A DNA stretch of 61,091 bases, counting the filler, from Sphacelaria rigidula (taxonomy: Eukaryota), in NCBI GenBank assembly GCA_964200075.2. It is 7 parts of 7 records of this genome, joined end to end, with 100 filler letters (N's around TTAATTAATTAA, not from the genome) between each part and the next. Parts side by side here need not be neighbours in the genome. Positions count along the whole stretch, not along the records: positions 26,229 to 34,870 come from CAXNAA020010507.1; positions 34,971 to 43,611 come from CAXNAA020010508.1; positions 43,712 to 52,351 come from CAXNAA020010509.1; 4 more parts are not named here. One strand, given 5' to 3'. A model generated the notes under the pieces. That model made no database searches. It saw nothing but the letters and a program-made list of their open reading frames with translations, and was not told the DNA's origin. A program made the translations under genes and the position numbers. This document shows positions 34,145 to 47,826 of the stretch, one piece after another (positions within the stretch are counted from its first letter, which is position 1; each line of letters begins with the position of its first letter).

Positions 34145-37100
34145 GAAAGATGTCCACGCTGGGAAGACACCACCGTGGAGGCATAGATGGATTTCAGACT
34201 TGGGCGTGCCGTATACAGGGCTGATCCATTCACGGGGGAGTGGGGAGGCGCGGTGCACTGGTGAGGGTCGCGTGCAGTGCTACGATATGAGCGTGAATAA
34301 GTACACTTTCAAGTTCCAAATAGATGCATGTCTCGTTCCGGAGGCGACAGATTAATTACCATCAGTGAAGGAAAAACGCCCGACATCCCAAAAACAAAAC
34401 AGAGGGCGTGAAATCGTGTCCTGGCTACAAACTTCCCCTCCCTTTCATAGAATGGGGATGCAAGAGAAGCGAAATGAACCAGTGTTGAAATCATAGCCCC
34501 ATGGGGAATATCATGGGATTGCGAGAGGTTGACATGTATTCTGTTGAACACGAGATTGGATTATTCTAGCTATATTACCCCGTAAACGGAAAAGTCACTT
34601 CAGATTTTGTGCCTGCAATGAAGCAATCGTCATCTGACACAGGCTGGCAGAAGAGGAAAAGAGGGTAATTACAGCAGGATAGAAAACTGTCGACAGTTAC
34701 TGATACGTGATTAGGGGTGTATGACCAAATGTAGCCATAGCGTCCATCCTCTCTCCCGTGTAAGGAACAGATCCGGCATCTTCGGATTAACAAGCCCCCC
34801 CCCCCCCCCCCCCCCCCCCACCACTCCACCACCACCCCCCACCCACAAACACAAACAAGACGGAGCGTCTNNNNNNNNNNNNNNNNNNNNNNNNNNNNNN
34901 NNNNNNNNNNNNNNTTAATTAATTAANNNNNNNNNNNNNNNNNNNNNNNNNNNNNNNNNNNNNNNNNNNNTTTTTTGTTGTTTATTGTATTTTTTTGTTC
35001 AGTAACCACGCATTCCTTTCAACAGGGATGGGGGGGGGGGGGGGGGGGGGTCGATTCTACAAAAAAAAAAGGCTCATGGATGTGTCAGACGACCCAACAC
35101 ACTCGCGGTCCGCTCGTATATGGGTAGAAGCAGTCTCACGCCGTACAAATGACCAGTATTCATCGGTAACAGCGCGTTTACACAACCGTTGCTTCTTGAC
35201 GTGGGAAATCGCGGAAGAAACGGCTCAAAATACCCCCCGCCCCCTCCATCGTAGCATGACTCCAAGTAGGATAGTATTTGTAGGCTGAAATGAGCGCTGC
35301 ATGGACACAAGCATTCTGCAAGGGTGTCGAGAACTCAATCTCTCGACGGCCGGGATGGAATATCTGGGTATCGCATTTGTTTTCAAGTGAAAATGACGCT
35401 GGTGCAACAGGTGACCCACTCTCGCTTTTGAGAGGGTTCAAGTATGAGTCAATCGGCGTTCACCATCTTGCCGTGTGTGTGCTGACATTCCCGAAGATGC
35501 ATGCACACGCGTACTGCTGGTGGATCGGACCATCGGCAGACAGCAAGGGTAAGTCGAGTAGAGTATACTCAATTGCGGCGTATGTTGAAAGTCGTACTCA
35601 AAGTACACAAATTGGGGGTAGAATTTCAGGATTCGCTTCCTTACTATTTTTTGGGTACCACTCTCTACCTCCACCCTAACTTGAGTACTCCAAGTACGTC
35701 TTTTGAAATACCCCGCAATTTTAAATCTACTCTACTCGACCTACCCTTAGCAGACAGTACAATAAAAAAACGCATTGACTGCAAAAAAAAAATGGGTGCG
35801 ATTAGCAGCATAATAATCCACTTTGGACATTATTCCCTGTATGAAGCGTCTTCTTTTTTTCAAGGGGAAAAACACAAAATGTATAGCTCAAGGAAGCCAA
35901 TATCGAAAATCGTTAGTGAGTGCACCGAGCAGCGACAGCGTGTCCAGGAAACAACCTTGACATCAGCATGCAAGGTGCGCGGGCGACAACTGGCCGACCA
36001 CAAGCCATCCCTTAGGCCTATCATCGCAAAGCCGGTTGGCGTCTTGTGTATGTTAACCTCCGCCTTCATGGTGCGCAACAAAGTGCATAAAATATCGATT
36101 GCACACACATCATCCCAAGTGGACGTAGCCTCGCAAAAAAAGCGCGGCAGCTAGAGCAGGGCCGAAGGCAACGGCATCAGGTACTGCACGAGGCATTGCT
36201 GGCACCTCCATGCATTGCAAGACTCGGGACATCCTGAACAACTGATTAACTGTCCAGTAAGTGCTTACTAGTGCTGTATCGTCTGTTCTGCGGACGTCTC
36301 GGGATAAACATGACGGGTGCTGGCCGCTTATTGGCAGCTTCAAGATGGCCTTGGGCGGAGCTGAACCGCGTTGTGTTCCGACATACCTCACAAGCAAATT
36401 CACACACCGGACAGCTTACCCAGGCTGAACATGCGCACATGAGCTACGAGTAGCGGCTGGCAGCTGACCTACTATGAGGGCAAACAAATATAACTCAAGT
36501 AGTTGTCGTAGCTCCACCCGAGGCAAAACATGAGCTACGCATGTATCTCGTGATCGAATTGTGTAACTCTCAATGTCGGCCCCAGAGTGGTGGTGCCGGA
36601 ATAGATGACACGCGATGCACAAACGATCCGGGAGAACTAAGGCCAACTCCAGCGAATCCTTCCCGGCGATTATTCCGAGAACCAGGTGAGGATTAGATAA
36701 TTTCTGTTACAGTTAACGTCCCGTGATGTACGGGCGCAACGACCACAACAGTACAGGGCCCAGTCCAGACCAGTTCGAGTATGCAGATATTAATGGTGAG
36801 AGAGGGCATCATGACACCCTATCGTGCGTGCGGGGGTTTCGCAGCAGAGGATACTCTGTGCGAAATAGATGTGAGTGATCAAGGCAGGGGTTGACCATCT
36901 CAGCCCCCTCCCCCCGTCACTATTCATCTTTGCTTGTGTCGACACGGAGGTGCCTTGGTTGCCGCGAACCGGTTCGCATTCCGAACCGTTTAGTCCGTGG
37001 CACTTACTGTCTGTACCGTGTCGTTTGGACATCCAGTATTTTTCCGATACTGGTGATCCGTTCAAAGCATAAGACACCCGTGTCGATGCTCTGCACGCAA

Positions 37101-38723
37101 CAATTAAGCTGAGGTTTAGGGTTCTCTGCTTACTCATCTGCTGCACCGGGTTTACGGTAGGAGATACTTCAGGCTGCACGATTCGGAGCAGCACTACGGC
37201 TGTACTGCACTCGCGCCGTCAGACGATAAAGCAGCCCGGACCAAGAGATGTCTGTGGCTGTGCCTACAAAAAAGCGTTTTGTACCGGCACGAGGGCGAGG
37301 AACCAGCAATCTCGAACACCAACACTACTCGACAGGATCATATAACGGATTTTTTTTGCCTTAAAGCTTCCCGCATCATGCTCCCAGCGCGAACAGAAAC
37401 ACACGACTGGTCTCATCAATCACAAGAAGTCAAGGGGAAAGTCACAAACCAGCGCAGACCTCGAGAGCCCTCCAGAAATACAACGAACTGTTGATGTAGA
37501 GAGAGAGCGAGAGTACGTGTGCAATTTATTAGCCCATTGAGATTATGTATGTGTACTAGACTCACGCATATGACCGAAGAAGCATGACATGCATAGGCCT
37601 CGGACAAAAGAGCTAAATGCATCCCCAAGAACGTATGAGTTGTCTCGGAGAGGCGACAATTACGCAATGAGTTGTTTCCACCCCTTGCGGTCCTGCTCTT
37701 TTTGGTGCAGCGCAACCGGACGCGGTACAGCTGGCACAAACTCTACCGAGCTGGAATGCGATCCAGGTCTGTGAGTGAGATAAAGCGGTAAGGTGCGCCG
37801 CCTTGATATTACAGTGAAGCGAAAGGCTACAGCGGTGCATGGCGATGTGTCGATGCTACGACCTTCATCACCTGGCGCAGAAGACGCCCACCACACCCTT
37901 TTCAGTACTATGATGAACAGCATCGGGCAACGAGAATGACTACCTCTTAAAGCACGCGCACCCGCGGAAGCAATTTTTCGCCCCGGTATTGCCGCGGTAG
38001 TTACGTGATAGAAGTTGAGGGCTGTTATGTAGGAGATCCGCTTGACTGCGCAAGCGATCGCCACCAGCGCAGCGCACTTACAGCAGTCAGCACCAAACAC
38101 TGATTGCATCGGGGTATGAAGCTTGCATCAGTCGTGACAGTAGGTTCATAGTGTGTACTTGTGCGTATACCCTCACCACAGCGACTAGAACTAGTACATG
38201 GCTGTTGCTCTCTGTCGATGTCACAGAGGGTTCTACGGTAGATGGATGGGTAAACAGCGAACAGCGAAACCCTTTCACCGAGGAAACACCCTCATCTAAC
38301 GAATGCGGAGCTCAAGCATAATTTGTGTAACCGAAGTAGTGATACATAACAAATATCAATTCAAACTTATGATGCAGAACTACGACCACCCCTAACTCAC
38401 CTCGTTTGCCTGATATGTCTCTGCTGTGCCCTCCACCTAAACAGGCTTGTGCTTCTCTGAATACGCGTCGGAGTGAAATACCTAAAACCCTCGCGTACTA
38501 ATGTCATCGCCCATTAATATTTTTCACCTCGTGATGATAAATACACCTACATCACACTATCGAAGGGGATATCACCAAGCATACTGAATACACCTATACT
38601 GGCATCTACCCCCAGATAATAACCAGCCCTTGCCCCGCTCAAGCACAGCACCAGGTCAGGTCGGTAACGAGACCAGCATTGACGTACACGTAGCACGCGC
38701 TCGAAGACAATCACATTATGCAG

Positions 38724-38856
38724 GGTCGAGGGCCCCCAGGAGGACCACGTGGACCTGGCGGGCCAGGGCAACATAATGGGCACTTTGGCGGCCCCCCTAA
38801 TCCAGCGGGTTTCTTCCCTCCCGGCGGCGGGCCGCCTGGAATGTGGGGAGGGCCTG
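38724..38856 (+). CDS. Exon of a Gly/Pro-rich low-complexity protein
   Basis: TGCAG| acceptor, G|GTGAGT donor. Encodes GRGPPGGPRGPGGPGQHNGHFGGPPNPAGFFPPGGGPPGMWGGP. Confidence 0.8.
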
Positions 38857-39602
38857 GTGAGTTGTGTTGTGTTGCGTCGGGGGGTGTTTAGAAAGGGATT
38901 TAGCAGGAGGCGGGGTCGGGAGAGAAGAAAGGTGTTGTCGTAGACCTGTCACATGTGTTGGCTTATGCCTGGGTGGGCTCGGGCTTGCGGTTGCAAAATT
39001 TGAGTGCCTCGACGGCGGAGGAGCTTGATTATCTTGCAGCGATCAGTGAGCAGCCGTTTTGAAAAGTTAAGGATGTTCGAGTGTGTGGTTTCGGCGCCGC
39101 GCTTCGTTGGGGCTGGGCTAGGACCTCCGACTCCCCTACCATGATTGCTGCGAACTATTCCGTGTTTCTTTGTATGCATGTCACACCAGTGGGGGACCTA
39201 TGCACACAGCGTTAGCCCACATGAGGTCTAACCTTTTTGTCTTTACAGTGAGTTGCTTCTACTAACGCCCCCTCATTTCTAACGCAGTGCTGGATAACGC
39301 CATGGGTTGGGTGACCCTGCTGAGTCGCCCATCTGAAGAACGCTCAAATAACAGTTCAGTACGGTGTGTCATACACCCCCCCCAACCTCGGGGAACACAG
39401 GCAGCGACTGCCTCAATCGAGACTTCACGCGTGCGTTTCTTCCATGTCTTTCATTCTTTGCTCGCGATCATTTATTATTACCTGACGGTGCTGGGGCTAT
39501 ACGTACCGCACAGATCCTGGATTTTGCCGTACTGCACTGTTAACTTCGTCCCCTAAGAACAATTTTATCTGTCATATCATACCGTAACTCTGCCGCAAAC
39601 AG

Positions 39603-39701
39603 GCATGGGGCCAGGCATGGGCCGAGGCCCCGGCCCCGGAGGACCGGGAGGGCCAGGAGGGCCAGGAGGGCCAGGGTGGGGACCGCGTGGTATGGTTCCT
39701 G
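39603..39701 (+). CDS. Further exon of the Gly/Pro-rich protein
   Basis: AACAG| acceptor, G|GTAAGA donor, 99 nt, phase 1/1, compatible with the previous exon. Encodes GMGPGMGRGPGPGGPGGPGGPGGPGWGPRGMVP. Confidence 0.8.
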
Positions 39702-41530
39702 GTAAGACGAGGAGCAATAAGCACTAACATGTTGTGTTTCAAGCGTTCTTTTAGTTCCAGCGGTGGGGTCAAACGGTCGTGACTGCTGTGCTGCCTCGCT
39801 ACCTTGAATGAGCGGGTAAATCCTTGCCAGAACCCACACCCAAGACACACGAGGAACTCTCGGGCATTGCATGGCAAGTATAAAGAGTACTTTTGTGGAG
39901 TGTGCGTTTGCAGCGCTGAGCGAGAAGGCTTGTCGCGCACTGGCAAACGGCTGGGACTGTCAGCCTCCCAAAAGATCCGAATGCGATAGCCGAAAACTAG
40001 CGCCGAGAGTTATGGTTCAAATCATGATATCACCGCGTGCGTTTCGGACCAATGAGGTGCTGGCATCTGCGAGAATAGGCCGCCCTCCTTGTGGGGGTAA
40101 ATAGTGAACAACTCTGTCAGTCCCTAAGGTTAGCGCCACCCCAACCCCTATCACAGGCACACCGTTTACCCTCAGGAAAGAGGAGACAATGAGGAGCCCT
40201 GGGCAGACTCTGCGCTGGTGAAGGTCAGAGCGGCGCCTTAGCGCTAGACTGAGCTGAAGCAAGAAAAAAAAAGCCAAAACACGTGCTGCGCACGCGGTAG
40301 CGTTGCTCGGAGTATTGATCACCACCCTACGACGTAACAGAAGGACAAGCCTAATCGGTTGAACACGATTCCCTTTGTGATGACATCATTACGGTCTCTG
40401 CGCCAATCGAATCTTGTACGAAGTAATAAACTAAAGCTTCCAGTTTTGATTAGCCAACCTCTGCTGGCACTGCAAGCACAAAAGTTGGCCAAGAGTTGAA
40501 GTCAAGTCCTGAAACGAGGTGTGTAAGCGCGACGATTACTGTGTACGTGTGTTGTCGTCCCATCTATTCTGGACGCCGGTCTTCACCTTTCGGTGCATGT
40601 GGGCGCACGCACCAGCCGGGGTCACACAGGAAGAAGGTCAACACAGGAGTTTTCTTTTTTTTTGTTTTTAGTACTTCACCGTCCTTCTGCGGCGCTTGCC
40701 TTTTTATTTTTTTATCGCGATAAGAGTCCAGAAGTCCCTTTCCCTCGTCGACCGTGAAGTCGAATTTTGTGTACCCACCACATAGTCGCTCTCCACTGTT
40801 GGGCATTGTGTGAGGGAAGAACCCAGATCTCTCCGAGAATCGAACGCACGACCCAACCGTCAGAAGGTTTCGAGGTTACCTAGTGAGCCACCGGATTACT
40901 GCGCTATGCTTTACGGACATGCGGGCAACAGAGACAGAAGCAATAGAGGAAACGGAAGGCTCGCGGTCCTCACCAATACATGTGCCTACTGTAGTACGGT
41001 AGCGCTGTGCTGTGTACTGCACCACACGAGTTCCATCCTGGGAAAGGTCTCGGCTACGTATATTTCCGCGGAAATCTTGACCACAAGTGACATGATGGCC
41101 CAGAGATCCTCGCCCAACGAGTGCAGCCACATCGGTATTTGTCATACTCCCAAGTGTTGGAAAGTCTTTTGGCTTCCCTTCTACAACAGTATCATCTGTT
41201 GCGGGGCGTCTTGGTAGAGCGGATGAGAACACCCCAGTTTCCAACTTTGTGTGGAAATTTGCACACGCCGGACAGCTCATGAGCTACCTACATGGTACGT
41301 GTTGTGAGTACTCTGATTCGGATCATGAGGTAGCTCGGTTGACCTCTTTTCCTTTTCTCCATATTTGCTCCCTGCAGCGCCGGACACCCGAGCACGCAGA
41401 GTAGGAGAAGGTAGCTGGCTTTCTCTTGACCCCGTTGTCACGTATCATGTGCAGTTGGACAATGGATCTGATAGTTCTCGCCGATTAGTTATACTCAGTA
41501 GTTCATGAGCTGTCCGACGTCTGAATATTT

Positions 41531-41699
41531 CACACCTTGTACAATATATGGTCAATAGATGCAATAGACGAGAAGTGTACTGCATGAAGTATAGTTCTAT
41601 TGCAACTATTGTCGACCGACAATGCCGCAATCGGCCTATACTTTATGCAGTATTTTTCTCACCTGTTGCAACTAGTGACCATGTATTGTCCAAGGTGTG
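41531..41699. mobile_element. MITE with CACACCTTG(T/G)ACAAT TIRs; sister copy at 57207-57388
   Basis: Perfect 8-bp TSD GAATATTT (41523-41530 and 41700-41707). The internal sequence TATATGGTCAATAGATGCAATAGAC is shared with 57207-57388. Confidence 0.88.
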
Positions 41700-43513
41700 G
41701 AATATTTACTTTCCACTGGCGGTTGCGCGATCTTACCCATTGTGTCGAGCGAACCTCCCAATGATGAGACTCGACCAGGTAACAATACAAACATACGATC
41801 ACATGCACCGCATGCTGTTTTTTTCTACAAACGCGCAATGCAGCACCATCTCTCTCTTGCCGAGGTTGCAAAGGTTGAACGAATCATCGCTAGTCCGAAT
41901 CACCAAAATCTACGATTTCTGAGGTCTGGTCGCTGAAGAGGGAATCGTTGACTGCGGTGCCCGAACTTGGGGTGCAGCGCTGATAACAAAGTGCAAGGAT
42001 AGATTCGTACGGTACAAATCAAATACACTAGAAACCAGTGAAATTCGCACGAATCGTTGTTTGTCCGACCCTTGCAAGGTTACTATCCTAGCATATGCGA
42101 ATCTGCAGAGATATGCTTGGCGTGGGACAAACTGCCGCTGACCTTGCCTGCCGTTACACGAATTCGTACTTCATCCGCGGACATTGTCCTCTGCATGAGG
42201 TGCATACTGTACTGCCAAAATGTAGACGCCATTTGAATATGAAGCATGCATCCAGAGGGTCGAAAGAGGCACATAGCGAAATGATGGACCTGCCGCTGAC
42301 TCGCGGAATGCCTTCTATATTTTGGTCAGCTGAAACAAATAGATCAGGCTGCTTGTGGTGTTTGTGGTGAGCTTATTGAGCCGCCGAACGAATCTCGCTG
42401 GTAGCGAAGGTGTTGAGAACAGGGCCTTTAGAGGCTCTGAGACCACTCTCTCGTCCCGCTCGCTCCGATTCGCAATTGGCTCAGCGTCGACCCAGGGCGT
42501 GTAGATTGGCGTGTGTTGTGTTAGGTGGAAACTGGGCGCTCCTAGTGGCTTCTTCCTTCTCCGTTTCTCTTGTCTTTGATGGCAGTGCGTGTGTCTCGCC
42601 CCTATAGAGCTCCTTGGCGAGAGATCGTCCCCCAAATAGCACGGTCCCCCTCTGGCTGAGTCGTAACCCACTTTCACAGCCTTCATTTTCCTTCGGCCTC
42701 CGTACCTCGAGTCCTGGTGGAGAGCCTGTCGGGGTTGTTGCGATCGGTATCAAATCTTAGCCTTGCGTGTTGCTTCGTCATTGTTGTATGCTTACTCTGT
42801 ATACTCGGTCATTTTTCATTTTGGCCGTTTTTCTCGAGTCTCCGTTAGCGAGCAGGTCCATTGTCCACAACAAGTACGTGTATTTGGTGACCACGGCGAC
42901 GTTTCGAGCGGAGCAGTTGGAACGTATCGAGTTCGAAGTACGTTGTCGCAATACCACTCGTTGCGCTTGGACCGTCGGGTTTGACCAAGGGATGGATGGA
43001 TGAGGTACAAATCATAATCATAATCCAGCTGTAGTCACAAGATAGACATACCCAAGGTAAAATGAATGGAAATACTCGCTTGACCCCACAGAGGATCCGA
43101 AATGCAAAATAACACGAGGAGAGGGAACCGGGAAAAAATTGGGGCAAAAAATAGAAACGCGAGGCTTGGTAGACGTGGAGGTAGTATCACCGGTCTGTAA
43201 ACAACCCCTGACAGGCCTCTGCCAGGACGTCAAGTAAGTAGGTGGGACGGCTCTCAAGATCGTGAAAGCTGTTTGTGACTCAGTAGTTGGGGATCGCACA
43301 ATCCAGGCCAGAGTTATCATCCACCGGCTCTTCAAAAGCGAGACACGAGCACCACCACGACCCAGAGAGGGACACAGGACAGAAATCACAGACATGCATC
43401 CAGAAATGAGGCAGAGCATAACACATGACAGAGGTACGGAGCATCGCTAGCGTTGCAAGCCACACAGAAGAGGTAACAATCGATAGAATAAGCCGGTATC
43501 AGTTGCCATGTCA

Positions 43514-43546
<33 letters not shown>

Positions 43547-45596
43547 TGCCCCCCACCCCCCACCCCCGTCCCCACCCCTGTCGTATCGGTCCGTCACCCC
43601 TGGGGCCCTGTNNNNNNNNNNNNNNNNNNNNNNNNNNNNNNNNNNNNNNNNNNNNTTAATTAATTAANNNNNNNNNNNNNNNNNNNNNNNNNNNNNNNNN
43701 NNNNNNNNNNNGTGGGTACAAAAAACCTGGCTCTCCACCAAAATTCCCCACAGGGGAAATGTAAGACCCCCCCCCCCCCCCCCCCCCCCCAACCTCATCG
43801 ATTTTGTTTTTCCCCCAATGTCGTACCTGATCATATACAAACGTTGTCCGACGGTCCACAGTGCCCAGACGGCCCGTTTGGGGTCATATCATATCAGCCT
43901 TGCTTATATTCCGTGTTCCCGAACCTTGCCTATAAATCTGCCCAGAGGGAGTAGTGGATACATAAGAGAAACGGAAGAAGTAAGGCAACAATCGATTAAC
44001 AGTAGCGACCGATATCCCCCGAAACACGGACAACCCCGGATTCAACATCACAGACATGACCCATTGTACGTAAAGGGCTCCAGAAATAGCAGGACAGTTG
44101 AGCACACGACAACCGCAACGTGGCGTTTCTCCGGCTTCGCCGCCACGATCAGTAGGTCGACCAGGATCGACAGCCAAGGTACATGAGCACCGGTGATAGC
44201 TGTGTGCGTTATGTAAGCTCATGGGCTGAGCACGGTAGCAAATCTGGATGATGGACCCTTGTATTGAGTGAAATTGATGTCACTTCAATAGGGTACCTGA
44301 TTTTCGCCGTCAAATGGTTGATAGAAAGCGGCGGGAAACATTTGTCGTGTCGGCTGAGTGTTTCATGAGCATGATGCCGCTTCGATTTTCAAAAACTCTT
44401 TTTTTGTTTCGTTTTCAGCCCGAAGAGCAACACGGATTTTGAGTATGTACGAAGGCTCAAACACAAGGCATCACAATCAAAAGTGAACCTGAGGAACTGA
44501 CCCCCCCCCGCAAACCAAGAACCCATTTAGTGGCAACGAATTTGACCATTTGACCGCCATGATGAGTTATCTCTTGTTGAATCGGCATCAGTTACTTGGA
44601 CTTCACAAAGTACAGCGTGATCCAGATGACCTACCCTACCGGTCAAAGGATTAACCCTTTTGCGACGGGATCCCCAGAAACATGTGATATGCACCCAGGG
44701 GCCTGTGTATGAATCGACATCATTTCTAATCGTTTCCAACTAAAAATCTTACCGATTGATGGAAACGCCCCTGCGTGCAAACCACATGTTTCTGGGATTC
44801 CGTGTAATACAGGAGGGAGGTCAACACAGGAAATTCTGTGGTAGTCGCCTTAATTTTCATTGCGAGAGGGGTTCAGCGGTCCCTTTCGCTCGTCGACCGC
44901 GAAGCCGAATTCTGAGAATAGAAGATACGATTGAGAGTGAAAAGCGATCAATTAGTCAATCAATCGTTTCAGTTCCGAAATGCCCCTCCACGAGGCTCAA
45001 GATGCTCTCTGTACTGCAGGAGCTTGCCACTTAGACCCTTGATACCCCTCAGCAAGGAGGTGACTTTAAATTTCCGAGAACTATCTGTCAACTACCGAGT
45101 GGTAAAGTCTACTGTGAGCAAGATATCGACGTGTAGCTGTATGCACACGTCAGTGCTAGAGGCGAAGAAATGCACGCACGGAATGAAAAACTGGCTTCGT
45201 TGAAGCGAATAATCAAAGCCACTCTCAACCAGCGCTCTATTCTCAATCTCACGAAAACAGTATAGTCGCTGTCCACTGTTGAGCATGGTGTGAGATAAAA
45301 TTCCAGATCGTGTGACTGCACTGAGGTTCGAACCGACGACCCAACCGCCATAAGGTTTGGAGGTTACCCACTGAGCCACCAGAGCAACCGTCTGCCGACT
45401 AAAATATTAACAATAGAAGCCGCCTCATGACGAAAAAACGCATGTATGGCAGAGCAGAAGCAGCAGCAACAACAACAGCAGTCCAGAGACAGGAAAAGGG
45501 AAGTACAGTCGAGGCGATTCGACATGCGGGCAAGATCACAACATGCTTTCCGTGTGCGCCGAGATTGGACGGAGAGTCGTTCCGCATAACCTATCC

Positions 45597-45818
45597 AACT
45601 AGAGGTATATCTCAAACTCGGCTCCCGGTGTCCTGGTTTATTTGCTGGCTCTGAGTTGTGTACTATTTTTTCAAGTGAAAGTGATCGCGATTCATAGGAG
45701 GACCTGACCTGGCGATCAAAGGGTCACATCATCTGATGAATCGGCATCACTTTCACCTGAAAAAATAGAACAAAACAAACGAGGATACCGGGAGGCGAGT
45801 TTGAGATATCTCTACTGA
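45597..45818. mobile_element. MITE with ~40-bp TIRs
   Basis: TAGAGGTATATCTCAAACTCGGCTCCCGGTGTCCTGGTTT versus AAACGAGGATACCGGGAGGCGAGTTTGAGATATCTCTA. No clear TSD. Confidence 0.7.
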
Positions 45819-46109
45819 GCATGATTCTGATTCAATTTTCAAGTGACCTGTATACGGCGAGAGGTTGCATCTCCGACGGTCAAAGGGTCCCAAAGAGACC
45901 CCATTTCTTTAAAAGCAAGTGAAAAAGTGCACCTGTCTCAGGGCCCCTGGAAACAATTCTGACAGTCCTGTGTGCGGTGTGACATGGACGCACGGGGGGT
46001 CTACCGCCATGGTAAGGAAAGGCGGAAAACACCATGCAGAGCACTGCCGTGGAAGCGATGCTCCCGAAACCTCCTGAAGGGGAATCATGCAATGCTGCTT
46101 TGTCAGAGC

Positions 46110-46320
46110 TTGAGAGAACGAAATGACCCCTTTCGCTGTAATCTAAAATCAAGTAAGAGCGACTGTACGCCTCTCTGAGCTTCTGAGAACGACCGAATGA
46201 CACCGTTTCGCCGTACTCTAAAATCAAGTGTGAGCAAAGCCTGGCCTCTCAGAGGTCCTGGAAACGACGGAGTGACTCCGTTTAGCCGTACTCTAAAATC
46301 AAGGGAAAAAAGTGCACCTG
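46110..46320. repeat. Three ~74-bp tandem repeats
   Basis: Recurring TGAC.CC.TTT.GC.GTA.TCTAAAATCAAG ending near 46152, 46227 and 46302. Confidence 0.8.
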
Positions 46321-47540
46321 CATCCAAGGCTCTTCAACGGCGAAAAAGATGAAACGTATTACTTGTACATACTTGTACAAGGTTTTTGGCGCTTCGCGCC
46401 CCCGCTCAATGAAGCGCTACCCAAGGTAAAGGATGATGTGGAATGTTGCCACCGACATCAGTCGTCGCCCACATACAGGAGTGCTTAGAGGCGAAGAGAA
46501 GATCCAGAGATAACTCGTTCTGTTCTTCATTCTTTGGACTTTCAAAGATCGCCGACGACGATTAAACCTGACCAATAAAGAGCCGGAAGGAGGCAGAAGA
46601 CACTGGTCCCGCACAACTAAAAAGATGAACGTGATGCTCCACCCATTGCCCGTCCGAGAAATCCACGCGAACGAGAATCAAGAATTGAAACGAGGCAGAA
46701 GACACTGATCGTACAGAACTAAAGAATAACCGTCATTCTCCACCCATCCTCCGCGTCTCAGGTATATGCCCAAAATGAACTCATTTCAACCTTCGAACAT
46801 GGACAAAACTTGACCGAAAATAAAGAATCTTGGCGACGCAGAAGACAGTGATCCTGCAGAACCAAGAACTACCTATGAAGGAATATGACAGCATCGACAG
46901 TATGAAGAAAAAATGTAGAAATTACTGTTGCCCGTCAATTAGACAACGTGTGAGACCATCTTTGGCAACGAATCTCGATATTTTTGGACGGGACCGCAAT
47001 TTCGCGAACTCAAAATCGGGAGGGGGGAGACCGTTTTGTGGTACAGATGGTATCATAGATTTGTGACAAAGTTCTGTACACAGACGACCATGTTCTGCAC
47101 GAGTGTGGTATTGCGTATTGTGCATGAAGCCGAAGAGCAGGCAGGCGGTGAATACTCCTTCAAGTACAGTGCCGTACCTTGGTTCCCTAGGGTAATACAA
47201 TGCATGACACTCCATTTAATACAGTGCACAATCATGCCGTGTGGTATAGTGCATGATGACGGCACAGTCGATATTGCGGAAAAGTGAACAATGAGTGCGC
47301 GAGAGGAGTTCAGTAGTGCAGTGCCATACACCACCCCTCAAGTACAGCGACAACAGACTAGGAGAGTACAGTATCGTTTGTTATAATAGTGATACATGTG
47401 GCAGCGCAGCGCAGCATTAAATATTACCATCGCCGCAGGTTACGGCGTCAGCACTCATTATCCGTTTGTCAAACCCCGTGCAAAGCTACTTCAGCAGCTA
47501 GTGCGGGCAGGCGCGCCCTGCGCTGCCACGAGAGACACCA

Positions 47541-47826
47541 TTTTCGTGAGATTGAGAGTAGAGCGCTGATTGAGAGTGACTTTGATTATTTGCTGTAGCT
47601 TACACATTCTTTTATTCCGTGTGTGCTTCTGTTTGCGTCTATCATTGGCGTGTGCTTACAGATACACGTCGATATCCTACTCAGGGATATCAAAGGTCTC
47701 AGTGGCAAGCTACCACAGTAAACAGATTGGACCTCGTGGAGGGGCATTTCGGAACTGAAACGATCCATTCACTAATTGACCGATTTTCACCCTCACTCGT
47801 ATCCTTCACTCTCAATGTCACGAAAT
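47541..47826. mobile_element. ~285-bp MITE with TTTCGTGA(G/C)ATTGAGAGT TIRs; other copies at 44912-45258 and 48275-48435 (partial)
   Basis: Termini TTTCGTGAGATTGAGAGT...ACTCTCAATGTCACGAAA. Absent from the 21860-22796 homologue of its host element. Confidence 0.8.

Noticed and set aside
42300-44230. LTR retrotransposon remnants (block shared by ~44130-44215 and ~51105-51180)
   Set aside because: No gag, RT or integrase motif, PBS or paired LTR could be identified. It is only an unclassified dispersed repeat.
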